A stretch of 33,016 nt of DNA, from the NCBI GenBank assembly GCA_902783555.1, contig CACZRB010000056.1, positions 1 to 33,016 of the forward strand. The letters run 5' to 3'. This DNA is from an uncultured Erysipelotrichaceae bacterium. Its GTDB lineage: Bacteria > Bacillota_I > Bacilli_A > RF39 > UBA660. The notes under the pieces are model-generated. The model was not told where the DNA came from and did no database searches. It worked only from the letters and a program-made list of their open reading frames with translations. Position numbers and translations under genes: made by a program. Shown one piece after another: positions 17,182 through 26,296 of the stretch. Each line of letters opens with the position of its first letter. Within the stretch, counting starts at the first letter, position 1.

Positions 17182-18567
17182 CTACTTTGTAACAATAAAT
17201 GCATCAGGTAATCTCCATGAAGAATTACTATAATATAGTGTAACTGATGTCATTAAATATTCCCCATTATAATACATTGAAGAAGAAGAACCACCATCTA
17301 TATTAGCCGCATTTATAGCACCATTTTTACTCATAACATCAATTAAATCACTAGCAGTAGCTCCTAAATGTCCAGATATTCCCCTTCCATCAGTAACTAA
17401 AAGCAAAACAGTTCCATCTGCTCTTTGACCAATTGCAGTTCTTGGATTAGCTCCACTACCTAAACCAGTAGTTTTTCTATTTTCTCCATTAACTATTAAT
17501 TTAACAAAATGATTATTAGCATCACTATACTCTTCTTGAAAAGTAACTGCATCTCTAATTTTTTCTTTTTTAACAAGATTTACTACTCCGTCAGTATTTA
17601 ATCCTTCCATAGATAATATTCTAAGTTTATTATCAGTATCAAAACCAATTAAATAATAACCTTTACCATATGGACTATTATATTGAATTTGCTCATTAGA
17701 AACAACTACCCCAACAGGATATCCACCATGATTTCCAATAGATTCATATAATCCCCCATTAACTGCTCCAATCGCATCATTTAATTTAACTATTTCATTT
17801 AATTCTTTACCATATTTAGTAAATGGATAAGTAGTAGCAAGTTTAACTCTTGAAGGATCATGAACTATCATTAAAGTACCAAAGAAATTATTACCATATA
17901 CTTTTTTAATCTCTATTTCATCCTTATTTTCTTCTTTAACATCAATTTCTACTTTACTAGTATCAACATCTTCATTAAACTCTAATAACCCATTTTTATT
18001 GACTATTTCATTAATCTCTTTATCACTCATAATTAAACTTGGAATAAATTTCAAAGCACCTGTCTCTAAAAAAGTTGATACAAAAATATTTCTAGCTTTT
18101 AAAGAAGGTCCATAGCATATTATCTTAAGTGATAAAAATAAAGTAATCACAATAAAAATTAAAAAAGTCGACGCAAAAGATAAACCCTTTAAAAAAAGAT
18201 GTTTAGTTAAAATTTTATTATACTTATCTTCAAATTTTCTTTTAAAATCAGGATTTTTATCAAATAAAAATTTAAATATAAATTTATCTTTAACTTGAAT
18301 AGGAATACCACTTAAAGCATAAAAATCAGGTAATAAATAGATCTTACCTTTATATGATATCTTATGTTTTTTATATATATTTAAAGTTTCATTAATATTT
18401 TCTTTTACTAAAGCCATAAATATTTCAATAGACTTTTTATTAATATAACTTGGCTTAAGCTTAAATGGTAAGTTTTCACCTGAATTTACTAATTCATCAT
18501 AAGTAAAACTATTGTATTCTTGAATTAAATGTTCAACTTTTCTTTTACTTAACTTCATGATACTCAC
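17182..18567 (-). CDS. Phosphodiester glycosidase (NAGPA-like) family protein
   Basis: AVNGG, NPRTAIGQ..DG..LL.V.DGR, A.NIDGGSS. The true start may be a few codons downstream (MKLSKR). Confidence 0.88.
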   Translation of the reverse strand: MSIMKLSKRKVEHLIQEYNSFTYDELVNSGENLPFKLKPSYINKKSIEIFMALVKENINETLNIYKKHKISYKGKIYLLPDFYALSGIPIQVKDKFIFKFLFDKNPDFKRKFEDKYNKILTKHLFLKGLSFASTFLIFIVITLFLSLKIICYGPSLKARNIFVSTFLETGALKFIPSLIMSDKEINEIVNKNGLLEFNEDVDTSKVEIDVKEENKDEIEIKKVYGNNFFGTLMIVHDPSRVKLATTYPFTKYGKELNEIVKLNDAIGAVNGGLYESIGNHGGYPVGVVVSNEQIQYNSPYGKGYYLIGFDTDNKLRILSMEGLNTDGVVNLVKKEKIRDAVTFQEEYSDANNHFVKLIVNGENRKTTGLGSGANPRTAIGQRADGTVLLLVTDGRGISGHLGATASDLIDVMSKNGAINAANIDGGSSSSMYYNGEYLMTSVTLYYSNSSWRLPDAFIVTK

Positions 18568-18644
18568 CCTACTATATAATATAGTATATCAAAAACGGCC
18601 AAAAAAATATAGACTATTAAACAATAATTATATTTTATATCAAG

Positions 18645-18670
18645 AAAAAAATACCTAATTTAAAGGTATT
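18645..18670 (-). terminator. Intrinsic terminator, near-identical to 13831-13855
   Basis: Minus strand AATACCT-TTAAATT-AGGTATT-TTTTT. Confidence 0.7.
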
Positions 18671-20461
18671 TTATCCTAATAATTTTTCTGCTATTTCATT
18701 AAGTTCTTTTATATTTAATGGTTTTAATAAATAATTATCATATATATTATTTATATAACGTATATCCTTAGAAACAATTAAAGCTATAAATGGTGGAACT
18801 TCTGTAAATTTTTTTAAATTTTTAAATAATTGTCCAATCTCTACAAAATTAATATCTACTATATTATCATTTACAATAATTAAATCATAGCCTTCATCAC
18901 ATTTAATAATCTTAATAGCTTCTTTTCCACTTTTAACACATTTAGTAACAAAATTAAGTTTATTTAAAATACTAGAAAGTTTCTTAGCAGAGTAATCTTC
19001 ATTATCTAGAATTAATACTTTTTTATTATGATAATCTTTTACTTTAATATCTGATTGCATCATTGGAACTTGTGAAATTGGAATTCCATTATATATATTT
19101 TGTGGAATACTTACATAGAAAGTTGTCCCAGCTCCATAATGACTGTCAAAATTAATATTTCCATTTAAGGCTTCTACATTCTTTTTAATAAATGGTAATA
19201 TAGCATCTACATTATAATAACCATTATGATTATTTTTAAATACTTTATCAAAATCTTCTTCTTTAATACCTACACCAGTATCAGATACTTTAATATTTAA
19301 AATATAATTATCTTTTCGTCTTTCTCCAGATATAATTAAATTAATCTTACCTACATTAGTATACTTTAAAGCATTCATAATTAAATTAATTATAATTCTC
19401 TCAATAACTCTATAATTACCTACTAAAACTGATGGAATATTTGGATCAATACTATAAGCAAATTTAACTGCTTCATTACTAAGATTTAATTTAACAATTT
19501 TTTCAATATTCAAAACTAATTCATCAATTCGATATTTACTATTTTTTCCTCCATTATTTAAAACTAGCCCTAAATTATTACTAATATAATTTAAACAAAT
19601 AATATTATCCATTAACTCATCGTCAGTTAAATTGGTACTATTTTCTAACTTTTCATTAGCAATTCTAAAAGTTTTTAAAAAAGTTCCTAAATCGCATATC
19701 TGCTCATGTAAACGATTTAAATCCAAATCATTACTAACTGATAAATCTGTTTGATCCTGCTTTAACTTTTCAATTATTAAAAGGTCTTCATTTTCCTTAA
19801 AATAATATATTAAAATAAGTACTAAAGTAAATAATGTTGAATAAATTGATATTTCCGCATAATTATATTCAAATATTAAAGCAACTACAAACAATATAAA
19901 AGTACCAATTAGAACAATATAATCATTAATATCTGAATAATTATTCTTACTTTTTAGATAAAAAATATAAATATTATATAAAATAAATATTAAATATAAA
20001 AATAATAAGAAATTAATTGACTCATTAGTATAAAAATAAAACATTGTTAATCCTATTGGATAAGCTTTTACATAAACAATCGAAAATATAATTGATATAA
20101 CAAAAATAATAGTAAATATATTTTTAATTGTTAAAAACTTATGACTATCCCAAAGCAAATTTTCAATATTATCATTTTGATTCGTAGTAGTTACAAATAA
20201 ATAATAGAAATATGCTCCAACAAATAATACCATAAATATTGAATGTAATTTCCACATTAAATTAAAGATTATACTAATATTATAAACATATGAAATACCT
20301 TCTAATATTTCAGTTAATATTAAAATAAATGTAAAACGTATCATATAAACATATATTTTACTTCTAACCGAATTAGTATTTTTCTTGTATGAAAAATAAG
20401 TAATTGAAAAAATAATCATAAATAATATTGCTGATATACTAAATAATAAATGTGTTAGCAT
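18671..20461 (-). CDS. Hybrid sensor histidine kinase-like protein, degenerate
   Basis: Multi-TM sensor, N box NALKYT, G1 DTGVGI, GAGTTF and a receiver fold ending YLLKP. The H box, G2 box and receiver Asp are atypical. Confidence 0.8.
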   Translation of the reverse strand: MLTHLLFSISAILFMIIFSITYFSYKKNTNSVRSKIYVYMIRFTFILILTEILEGISYVYNISIIFNLMWKLHSIFMVLFVGAYFYYLFVTTTNQNDNIENLLWDSHKFLTIKNIFTIIFVISIIFSIVYVKAYPIGLTMFYFYTNESINFLLFLYLIFILYNIYIFYLKSKNNYSDINDYIVLIGTFILFVVALIFEYNYAEISIYSTLFTLVLILIYYFKENEDLLIIEKLKQDQTDLSVSNDLDLNRLHEQICDLGTFLKTFRIANEKLENSTNLTDDELMDNIICLNYISNNLGLVLNNGGKNSKYRIDELVLNIEKIVKLNLSNEAVKFAYSIDPNIPSVLVGNYRVIERIIINLIMNALKYTNVGKINLIISGERRKDNYILNIKVSDTGVGIKEEDFDKVFKNNHNGYYNVDAILPFIKKNVEALNGNINFDSHYGAGTTFYVSIPQNIYNGIPISQVPMMQSDIKVKDYHNKKVLILDNEDYSAKKLSSILNKLNFVTKCVKSGKEAIKIIKCDEGYDLIIVNDNIVDINFVEIGQLFKNLKKFTEVPPFIALIVSKDIRYINNIYDNYLLKPLNIKELNEIAEKLLG

Positions 20462-20475
20462 ATTATCGCCTCTTT

Positions 20476-21921
20476 TTAATTCATATTATAAAATAATTCA
20501 CTATCTTTAAAACCCTCTATTACAGTAAAATAATAGATTGTTTTATTATCATCTGTTTTAATATTAAGATTTGAATTTAACTGGTTTAATAAATCAATCG
20601 CTATAAGTAATCTTAAATCATATTTATTATAGTTTTTACTATTTTCAAGATAATCATTTACGCTAAATTTTGTTAAGTCAATTATTGGTTTACCATTACT
20701 TTTAATAGTAAAACTAAGTTCAATATCATTTAAAGAATTTAATTTACTTGTAATATTTAGATTGATATCTTCACCATTATCACAATTATTTATAACATAA
20801 TACATTATATTGCAAACTATTATTTCAACTTTTTTAATATCACCAATGTATTTTAAGAAACTATTTTGACCTACCGATACTTTAAAATTAATATTTTTAT
20901 TATTAACAAGTGGTAATAATTTATCATTAATACTTTTTATTAAAGTACTTAATTGATAATCATTATTAATAGATTTACTATATTCCATCATGTATGTATA
21001 TTTAATATCATCTAAATAATCTGTTATTTCATTAATCGTATTTTTAATATCCTTACTTTCTTTTTCAATTAATTCTTTATTATAATCATTATTTAAATAT
21101 AAATCATTATTAAATAAAACTATATCATTTGTTGATTCTCCAAAATAGTTATTAATATTACTTATTAACATATTTCTTCTTTTATTTACATTTTCTAAAT
21201 TATCTATTTTCATATTTAATACATTTACTAATTCTTTATCTTGATTAGATGTTGTATTAAATATGATAAGTACTAAAAGAGAATAAATAAATACTGATTC
21301 ATTTACCATATATCCAGTAAAATGTTTAAAAGCAAGAATACCAATATAAATTAAATACGTTACTATTGAAAGAAAACAAAATCCTTTAGGCATCTTTTTT
21401 CTAAATATTAAAATAATTAATAATAAGATAGAATTTGATGCTATAGCATATGCACGATAAATATTATTTAAAGCGCCTACTAATATATAAAACTTACCAT
21501 TATTTTCTAATGCTATATTAACATTTAGCGTCAAAGAAATAATAGTAACTATTACCATTAATAATATTTTTATTATTCCAAAAAATTTAATTTTTTCCTT
21601 ATCATTTACATAAATATAATTAATAACATAGAACATCATTAAAATATTCCAAAAAAATTTCAATAAAATATAAACTTTATATATTACGGTTTCATAAGGG
21701 GGATTATTATGCATTACAATATTTAAAAGATATTCTAAAGCATTTAATAAAATAGTTAAAAAATAGAGACTAAAAAATGGAGAATTTTTAATTGATTCAT
21801 TGCTTTCTTTATACTTAATAAAATATATTAATCCAACCATAATTAATACAATTGATGAAACCCACACCAATGATGTAGCTGATAAAAAAGAATCAATTTG
21901 TGAACCACTAAGCATATCCAT
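20476..21921 (-). CDS. Degenerate sensor-kinase-like membrane protein
   Basis: Same layout of TM block followed by a HATPase-like region (YIGD..KV..I..NI), but no H, N or G boxes. Confidence 0.6.
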   Translation of the reverse strand: MDMLSGSQIDSFLSATSLVWVSSIVLIMVGLIYFIKYKESNESIKNSPFFSLYFLTILLNALEYLLNIVMHNNPPYETVIYKVYILLKFFWNILMMFYVINYIYVNDKEKIKFFGIIKILLMVIVTIISLTLNVNIALENNGKFYILVGALNNIYRAYAIASNSILLLIILIFRKKMPKGFCFLSIVTYLIYIGILAFKHFTGYMVNESVFIYSLLVLIIFNTTSNQDKELVNVLNMKIDNLENVNKRRNMLISNINNYFGESTNDIVLFNNDLYLNNDYNKELIEKESKDIKNTINEITDYLDDIKYTYMMEYSKSINNDYQLSTLIKSINDKLLPLVNNKNINFKVSVGQNSFLKYIGDIKKVEIIVCNIMYYVINNCDNGEDINLNITSKLNSLNDIELSFTIKSNGKPIIDLTKFSVNDYLENSKNYNKYDLRLLIAIDLLNQLNSNLNIKTDDNKTIYYFTVIEGFKDSELFYNMN

Positions 21922-21934
21922 TTATATCACCCCT

Positions 21935-22696
21935 TTATTTTAATTTATATCCAAGCCCCTTTAGCCAATTTTTAATATTATCATCAGAACCGGTAACATC
22001 TACTCCATTAATTGCAAAACCATTTAATCCTTTATTATCTGGAGTGCCAATTAAATTAAATAATTTTTTATAAGTACCAGCACTACCTGAACCAGCATGA
22101 GTGTTAAAAGGTACAATTATTTTAGTTTTTAATATATTTTCATTATCTCTTACAAAAGTTTTAATTATTTGTGGATAAGATGCATGCCAAATAGGATAAC
22201 CAATAAATATTACATCATAGTTATCTAAATTGGTTATTTTATTTTTAATTTCTGGGTATATATTTTGATTATATTCTATTTTAGTAGCACTATATAATTC
22301 AGTTAAATCATCAGGATAAGGTACTAAAGATTCTATTTCATATAAATCTGCACTAATAAAACTTGCAATTTTTTTTGCTAATATTTTAGTATTACCTTCA
22401 GTTAAAAATTTTTTATTTTCAATGTTTAAATTTTTACCATAATTTTCCCCATCTTTAGAAAAATAAACAATTAAAGTTTTAGTATTTTCATTTATTAAAT
22501 TTGTATTATTAACCCCGTTTTTATTTTCTATAAATAAAGTTACAACTAAAACTAAAGTAATTAATGAAATCAAAGCAAAAACAATTAAAGGTGCATTTTT
22601 CTTTTGAGTAACAGGCGCAGAATCAATACTAGTTTGTTCATTTACACCTTCATTTGTTGATAAATTATTTACCTCATTAAAATTATTTTCTACCAT
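21935..22696 (-). CDS. Membrane-anchored flavodoxin
   Basis: LIVYFS, GNT..LA, YDVIFIGYPIW, PFNTHAGSG, preceded by a TM helix. Confidence 0.88.
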   Translation of the reverse strand: MVENNFNEVNNLSTNEGVNEQTSIDSAPVTQKKNAPLIVFALISLITLVLVVTLFIENKNGVNNTNLINENTKTLIVYFSKDGENYGKNLNIENKKFLTEGNTKILAKKIASFISADLYEIESLVPYPDDLTELYSATKIEYNQNIYPEIKNKITNLDNYDVIFIGYPIWHASYPQIIKTFVRDNENILKTKIIVPFNTHAGSGSAGTYKKLFNLIGTPDNKGLNGFAINGVDVTGSDDNIKNWLKGLGYKLK

Positions 22697-22714
22697 TTTC
22701 CCTCCAAATGATAT

Positions 22715-23716
22715 TTATCTTGCTATATTAGTACAAAAAGGAGTATATCCAGCAGTTTTTTTACCATTAGACATATAAATTCCATCATTAGTATCATCAC
22801 CATCAGTTAATAATTTATAGTCACCAATTCCCCAACCATTACCTTCAGTATTTGAACCAAATATTTCACCATTCATATATTGATAATTATTACCATTACC
22901 AGTTGTTATAACATCATTTACAGTTAAAGAAGAAGCTAATACTCCATATTCCGTCCCTTTATCTACAATATAGTTTTTACCATCAGATAACGCTATATAG
23001 AAACTATTATCACTTTTGCCTATTCTAACCCATCCTGCAACTGGTTTTTGATTACTAATACCTAAATTAAGTTCACTAGCATCAGCTGTATTAATAAATA
23101 CATAGTAAAATGCATTACCACTATAAGCATCCTTATCAGACAAAGCTGATGGTTTTAATAATAAGCCTGGATTAATAGCATCTTGACAAACTAAAGCATC
23201 ATTATTCCATAACTCTTGTACTTTAGTTACATAACTATTTGCTAAAGTTAAAAATTCTTTTTTGCTATTATTAGAAGATGCTCTATTAGTATTTTTATTT
23301 ACACCACTAAATACTAAATAACACCCTATACCAATACCAACCAATAATATTGAAACAAGCAAAATAATAATTAATGATGTATTATTGGTTTTTGATCTTT
23401 GCTCCAAATTAGTTATCACTGGTTCTGGTTTATCACTTATTAATGACTCTGCAGAATCTATTCCTATAGATACTGGTTGTTCTTCATTTAAAACTGATGC
23501 ATTTCCATCTTGTTCTACATTAATTTGTACTTGACTATCTAAACCTGATTTGGCACTTTGCACTTGATTATCCAATCCTGATTCAGCACTAGGTTCTTTA
23601 TTTCCTGCTAATTCAGGCATTTCCTCATGAAGTTGTTCCTCATTAATTGGTGTCATTCCCTCTAAACCACCACTACTTAAATTATCATTTTCATTACCAT
23701 TATTCATAACTACCAT
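22715..23716 (-). CDS. Single-pass membrane protein with an acidic N-terminus and possible pilin-like outer domain
   Basis: About 110-aa acidic low-complexity region, TM, then an amphipathic helix SKKEFLTLANSYVTKVQELW and two Cys. Confidence 0.6.
   Translation of the reverse strand: MVVMNNGNENDNLSSGGLEGMTPINEEQLHEEMPELAGNKEPSAESGLDNQVQSAKSGLDSQVQINVEQDGNASVLNEEQPVSIGIDSAESLISDKPEPVITNLEQRSKTNNTSLIIILLVSILLVGIGIGCYLVFSGVNKNTNRASSNNSKKEFLTLANSYVTKVQELWNNDALVCQDAINPGLLLKPSALSDKDAYSGNAFYYVFINTADASELNLGISNQKPVAGWVRIGKSDNSFYIALSDGKNYIVDKGTEYGVLASSLTVNDVITTGNGNNYQYMNGEIFGSNTEGNGWGIGDYKLLTDGDDTNDGIYMSNGKKTAGYTPFCTNIAR
23525..23590. repeat. In-frame 33-bp tandem duplication
   Basis: Two copies, 27/33 identical, encoding SAESGLDNQVQ and SAKSGLDSQVQ. 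Confidence 0.85.
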
Positions 23717-23823
23717 CCTTATCCTTATTCTATAAAAATTTTATAATATTATCATCCATTATGTCAATTGGTTTTGAAATAAAAATATAGATAATTATAT
23801 TTATAAATGATAATTAAATAAAT

Positions 23824-23848
23824 AAAAAAGGTTGGGAATTAACCAACC
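23824..23848 (-). terminator. Intrinsic terminator
   Basis: ggttgg-N7-ccaacc with a T-tract on the minus strand, after the 23865 stop. Confidence 0.65.
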
Positions 23849-23864
23849 AAATATCTTTTATAAA

Positions 23865-25184
23865 TTATTTTTCATTAACTCTATCATCTAAATATTTCTT
23901 TAATTTTAATACATACTCTTTTCTCATAACAGGCAATAATTTTTCTGCTACAATCAAAGAAGACTCTTTAATAGTTAACTTAGTTGTATCAACAACTGAT
24001 GAACTAATAAGTAATGATTCTAAATTCTTCATAGCTTCATTATATACCATTGGTTCATAAATTGTTGAAAGTTCATTTGACTTTAGATAATCCGAATAAG
24101 ATATAGTAGATCTAATTATCCTTTCTCTTACCATTTCAGGAGAAGTATAACAAATTACAACATGATTAATTAGTGTGTCCAAATCTTCTTTATAATAATT
24201 TACATAATTATCAAACTCTTCAACTGAAATACTTCCATTATCTAAAAGTATTTTAAATAGTACCAGCGTATCAAATAAAGAATTCTCAACTAACAAAACA
24301 TCTTTATCCCCAACAATATCATGCATTAAATCCTCTTCAATAGCACTAGATATCAATAAATTTTTTTCAACAGTTGAAACACTTGCTTTATTTCTAATAA
24401 AATCTTCTTTATATCGCTTCATACTTGGAACTTCTTCTAAAACTCTAACTTTAAATTCAGCATTTTCAAAAAAGTCTTTAAATATTTTAACGATAGATGA
24501 CTTACCACTTTTACTAGTTCCTGCAAATTCAATAATATAAGGTTTTGTTTCACCTATAATAGCTTTCAACTTCATTAAATCTTCCTGATAACCAGAAATT
24601 CTACTCATTCTTTCAAAATCATAATCATCTAAAAAATCAGCAGAATAATCAAATACATCACTAATTGAATTATATAATCTATCTATCATAGGATTATCTA
24701 TAATTTTAGATAATTCCTTATACATACTTTTAAAAAACCATCTTTGTTCATCTTCCGTACAATGGAAATTATTATAATCAATTTCACCATTTTTTCTTTT
24801 TTCAATTCTTAAATCTTCAATATTAGCAATTTTATCAGCGCATACAACTGCTGCATTTCTTTCTGGTAAATTAGCAACTGCCTTAATTTGCTGGGTTTTT
24901 CTTTCTTTCCAAGATAAAGATGAATCAGCCTCTGTAGCAGTCATAACTAAACTTGCCACTTCACCACCAAATATCCTAGCAATATCATCTATCGTATACT
25001 CAGTTTGCTCTACTACATCATGTAAAAATCCTGATGCTACAACTGCATCATCATATCCATATTTTTTTAAAATCATTCCTACTAAAATAGAATGAATTAC
25101 ATATGGTTTATCTGGTTCACATTTACGTTTTTGTCCATTATGAGCTCTAATTGCAAAATTAAGTGCTCTTTCACTTAATGTCAT
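23865..25184 (-). CDS. Mesh1/SAH-like HD hydrolase fused to a P-loop nucleotide-kinase-like domain
   Basis: AH.GQKRK..PY..H, LHDVVE, ADK..N in the N-terminal part; IIEFAGTSKSGKS P-loop in the C-terminal part. Start moved to 25184 (AAGGTGA SD). Confidence 0.8.
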   Translation of the reverse strand: MTLSERALNFAIRAHNGQKRKCEPDKPYVIHSILVGMILKKYGYDDAVVASGFLHDVVEQTEYTIDDIARIFGGEVASLVMTATEADSSLSWKERKTQQIKAVANLPERNAAVVCADKIANIEDLRIEKRKNGEIDYNNFHCTEDEQRWFFKSMYKELSKIIDNPMIDRLYNSISDVFDYSADFLDDYDFERMSRISGYQEDLMKLKAIIGETKPYIIEFAGTSKSGKSSIVKIFKDFFENAEFKVRVLEEVPSMKRYKEDFIRNKASVSTVEKNLLISSAIEEDLMHDIVGDKDVLLVENSLFDTLVLFKILLDNGSISVEEFDNYVNYYKEDLDTLINHVVICYTSPEMVRERIIRSTISYSDYLKSNELSTIYEPMVYNEAMKNLESLLISSSVVDTTKLTIKESSLIVAEKLLPVMRKEYVLKLKKYLDDRVNEK

Positions 25185-25248
25185 GCTAATCACCTTCTGT
25201 AATTCATTTATTATATATAAAAAGGAATAAAAAGTAAACACATTTTAA

Positions 25249-25791
25249 CTATTTGTTTAAATAACGATGCCCTTCAATTCCTTTCTTCTTAGTATTTGGA
25301 TCAACATATATTTCCCCCTTACCAGGTATAATAGTTGCTATTAAAAAATATCCATAAATTCCTATCATTATTAATACACTAAAATAATTAAAAATATATG
25401 GTAAATCATTAATACCTAAAAATAAATAAGATAGATACTGCCCTAATCCAACTGCTACATAAAAAATTAAAATATCCACTATTAAAATATTCTTCTTAAA
25501 AATGTATTTAAACAAATAAAATAAAGTAGGAATTACGAGTACCATAACTATTAAAGAAATACACTTAGCTGTTAAAAAATTAGGATTATTACCAATAAAA
25601 GGCACTTCAATCAAAAGCCAAATTAAAGAAGGGAATACAACTAATTTCATATGTTCCCATATACTTTCATTAACACTAGAAAGTAATGATATATATTTAT
25701 CATGATTACTCCAATCATAAGCAAAATGTAAAATTGTTCCTACTATAGATATAAAAATAAAGCCCCAAAATTCAAACAAAATAATCACCAA
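25249..25791 (-). CDS. Conserved membrane protein (DUF6512-like)
   Basis: GT.LHF.Y.W, VNES.WEHMKL, about five TM segments. Confidence 0.75.
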   Translation of the reverse strand: MVIILFEFWGFIFISIVGTILHFAYDWSNHDKYISLLSSVNESIWEHMKLVVFPSLIWLLIEVPFIGNNPNFLTAKCISLIVMVLVIPTLFYLFKYIFKKNILIVDILIFYVAVGLGQYLSYLFLGINDLPYIFNYFSVLIMIGIYGYFLIATIIPGKGEIYVDPNTKKKGIEGHRYLNK

Positions 25792-25869
25792 TAAATTATA
25801 TTAAATAATTATAGTTATATTCCCAAACCAAAATTTAAATCCATCATAATATATATTAGGAGGAATTTT

Positions 25870-26241
25870 ATGTACGAAAAACTTAAATTAAAAGAATGTT
25901 CAAATATAATTCAGAATAAAAATAAAGCTATTTTATCTGTGTATAACGGAAAAACACCATATCAAGAACTAGTTTGGTACGATTATGATTGTTTTTGCGG
26001 TTGTATAACTCTTTACTTTAAGATATGTAAATGTGGTGAACTATCTAATATTATATGTGATAACGAAGAAGCAAGCCTATTAATTACTAATAATAGTAAT
26101 AGTGTAGAAACCGTCTTACTTACTGGTACATTAGATATTTTAGATAATGAGATTAATTGTTGCTGCAAAGAAAATAAAACCTGCTTTAAAAACGTAAGAT
26201 TTAATATAGATAGAGTTAGTGGTAAAAGATATTGTAAATAA
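25870..26241 (+). CDS. Cys-rich pyridoxamine-5'-phosphate-oxidase-like (split-barrel) protein
   Basis: LS....PY...W, LYF, V..TG, VSGKRY pattern; many Cys; AGGAGG SD. Confidence 0.6.
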   Translation: MYEKLKLKECSNIIQNKNKAILSVYNGKTPYQELVWYDYDCFCGCITLYFKICKCGELSNIICDNEEASLLITNNSNSVETVLLTGTLDILDNEINCCCKENKTCFKNVRFNIDRVSGKRYCK

Positions 26242-26247
26242 TAATTT

Positions 26248-26296
26248 AAGACCTTAAATATGGTCTTTTTTAAAAGAAAAAAGGCTATAAAGCCTT
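26248..26296. terminator. Two adjacent terminators for convergent genes
   Basis: aagacc-N8-ggtctt plus T-tract (plus strand) and aaggct-ataa-agcctt plus T-tract (minus strand). Confidence 0.7.
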
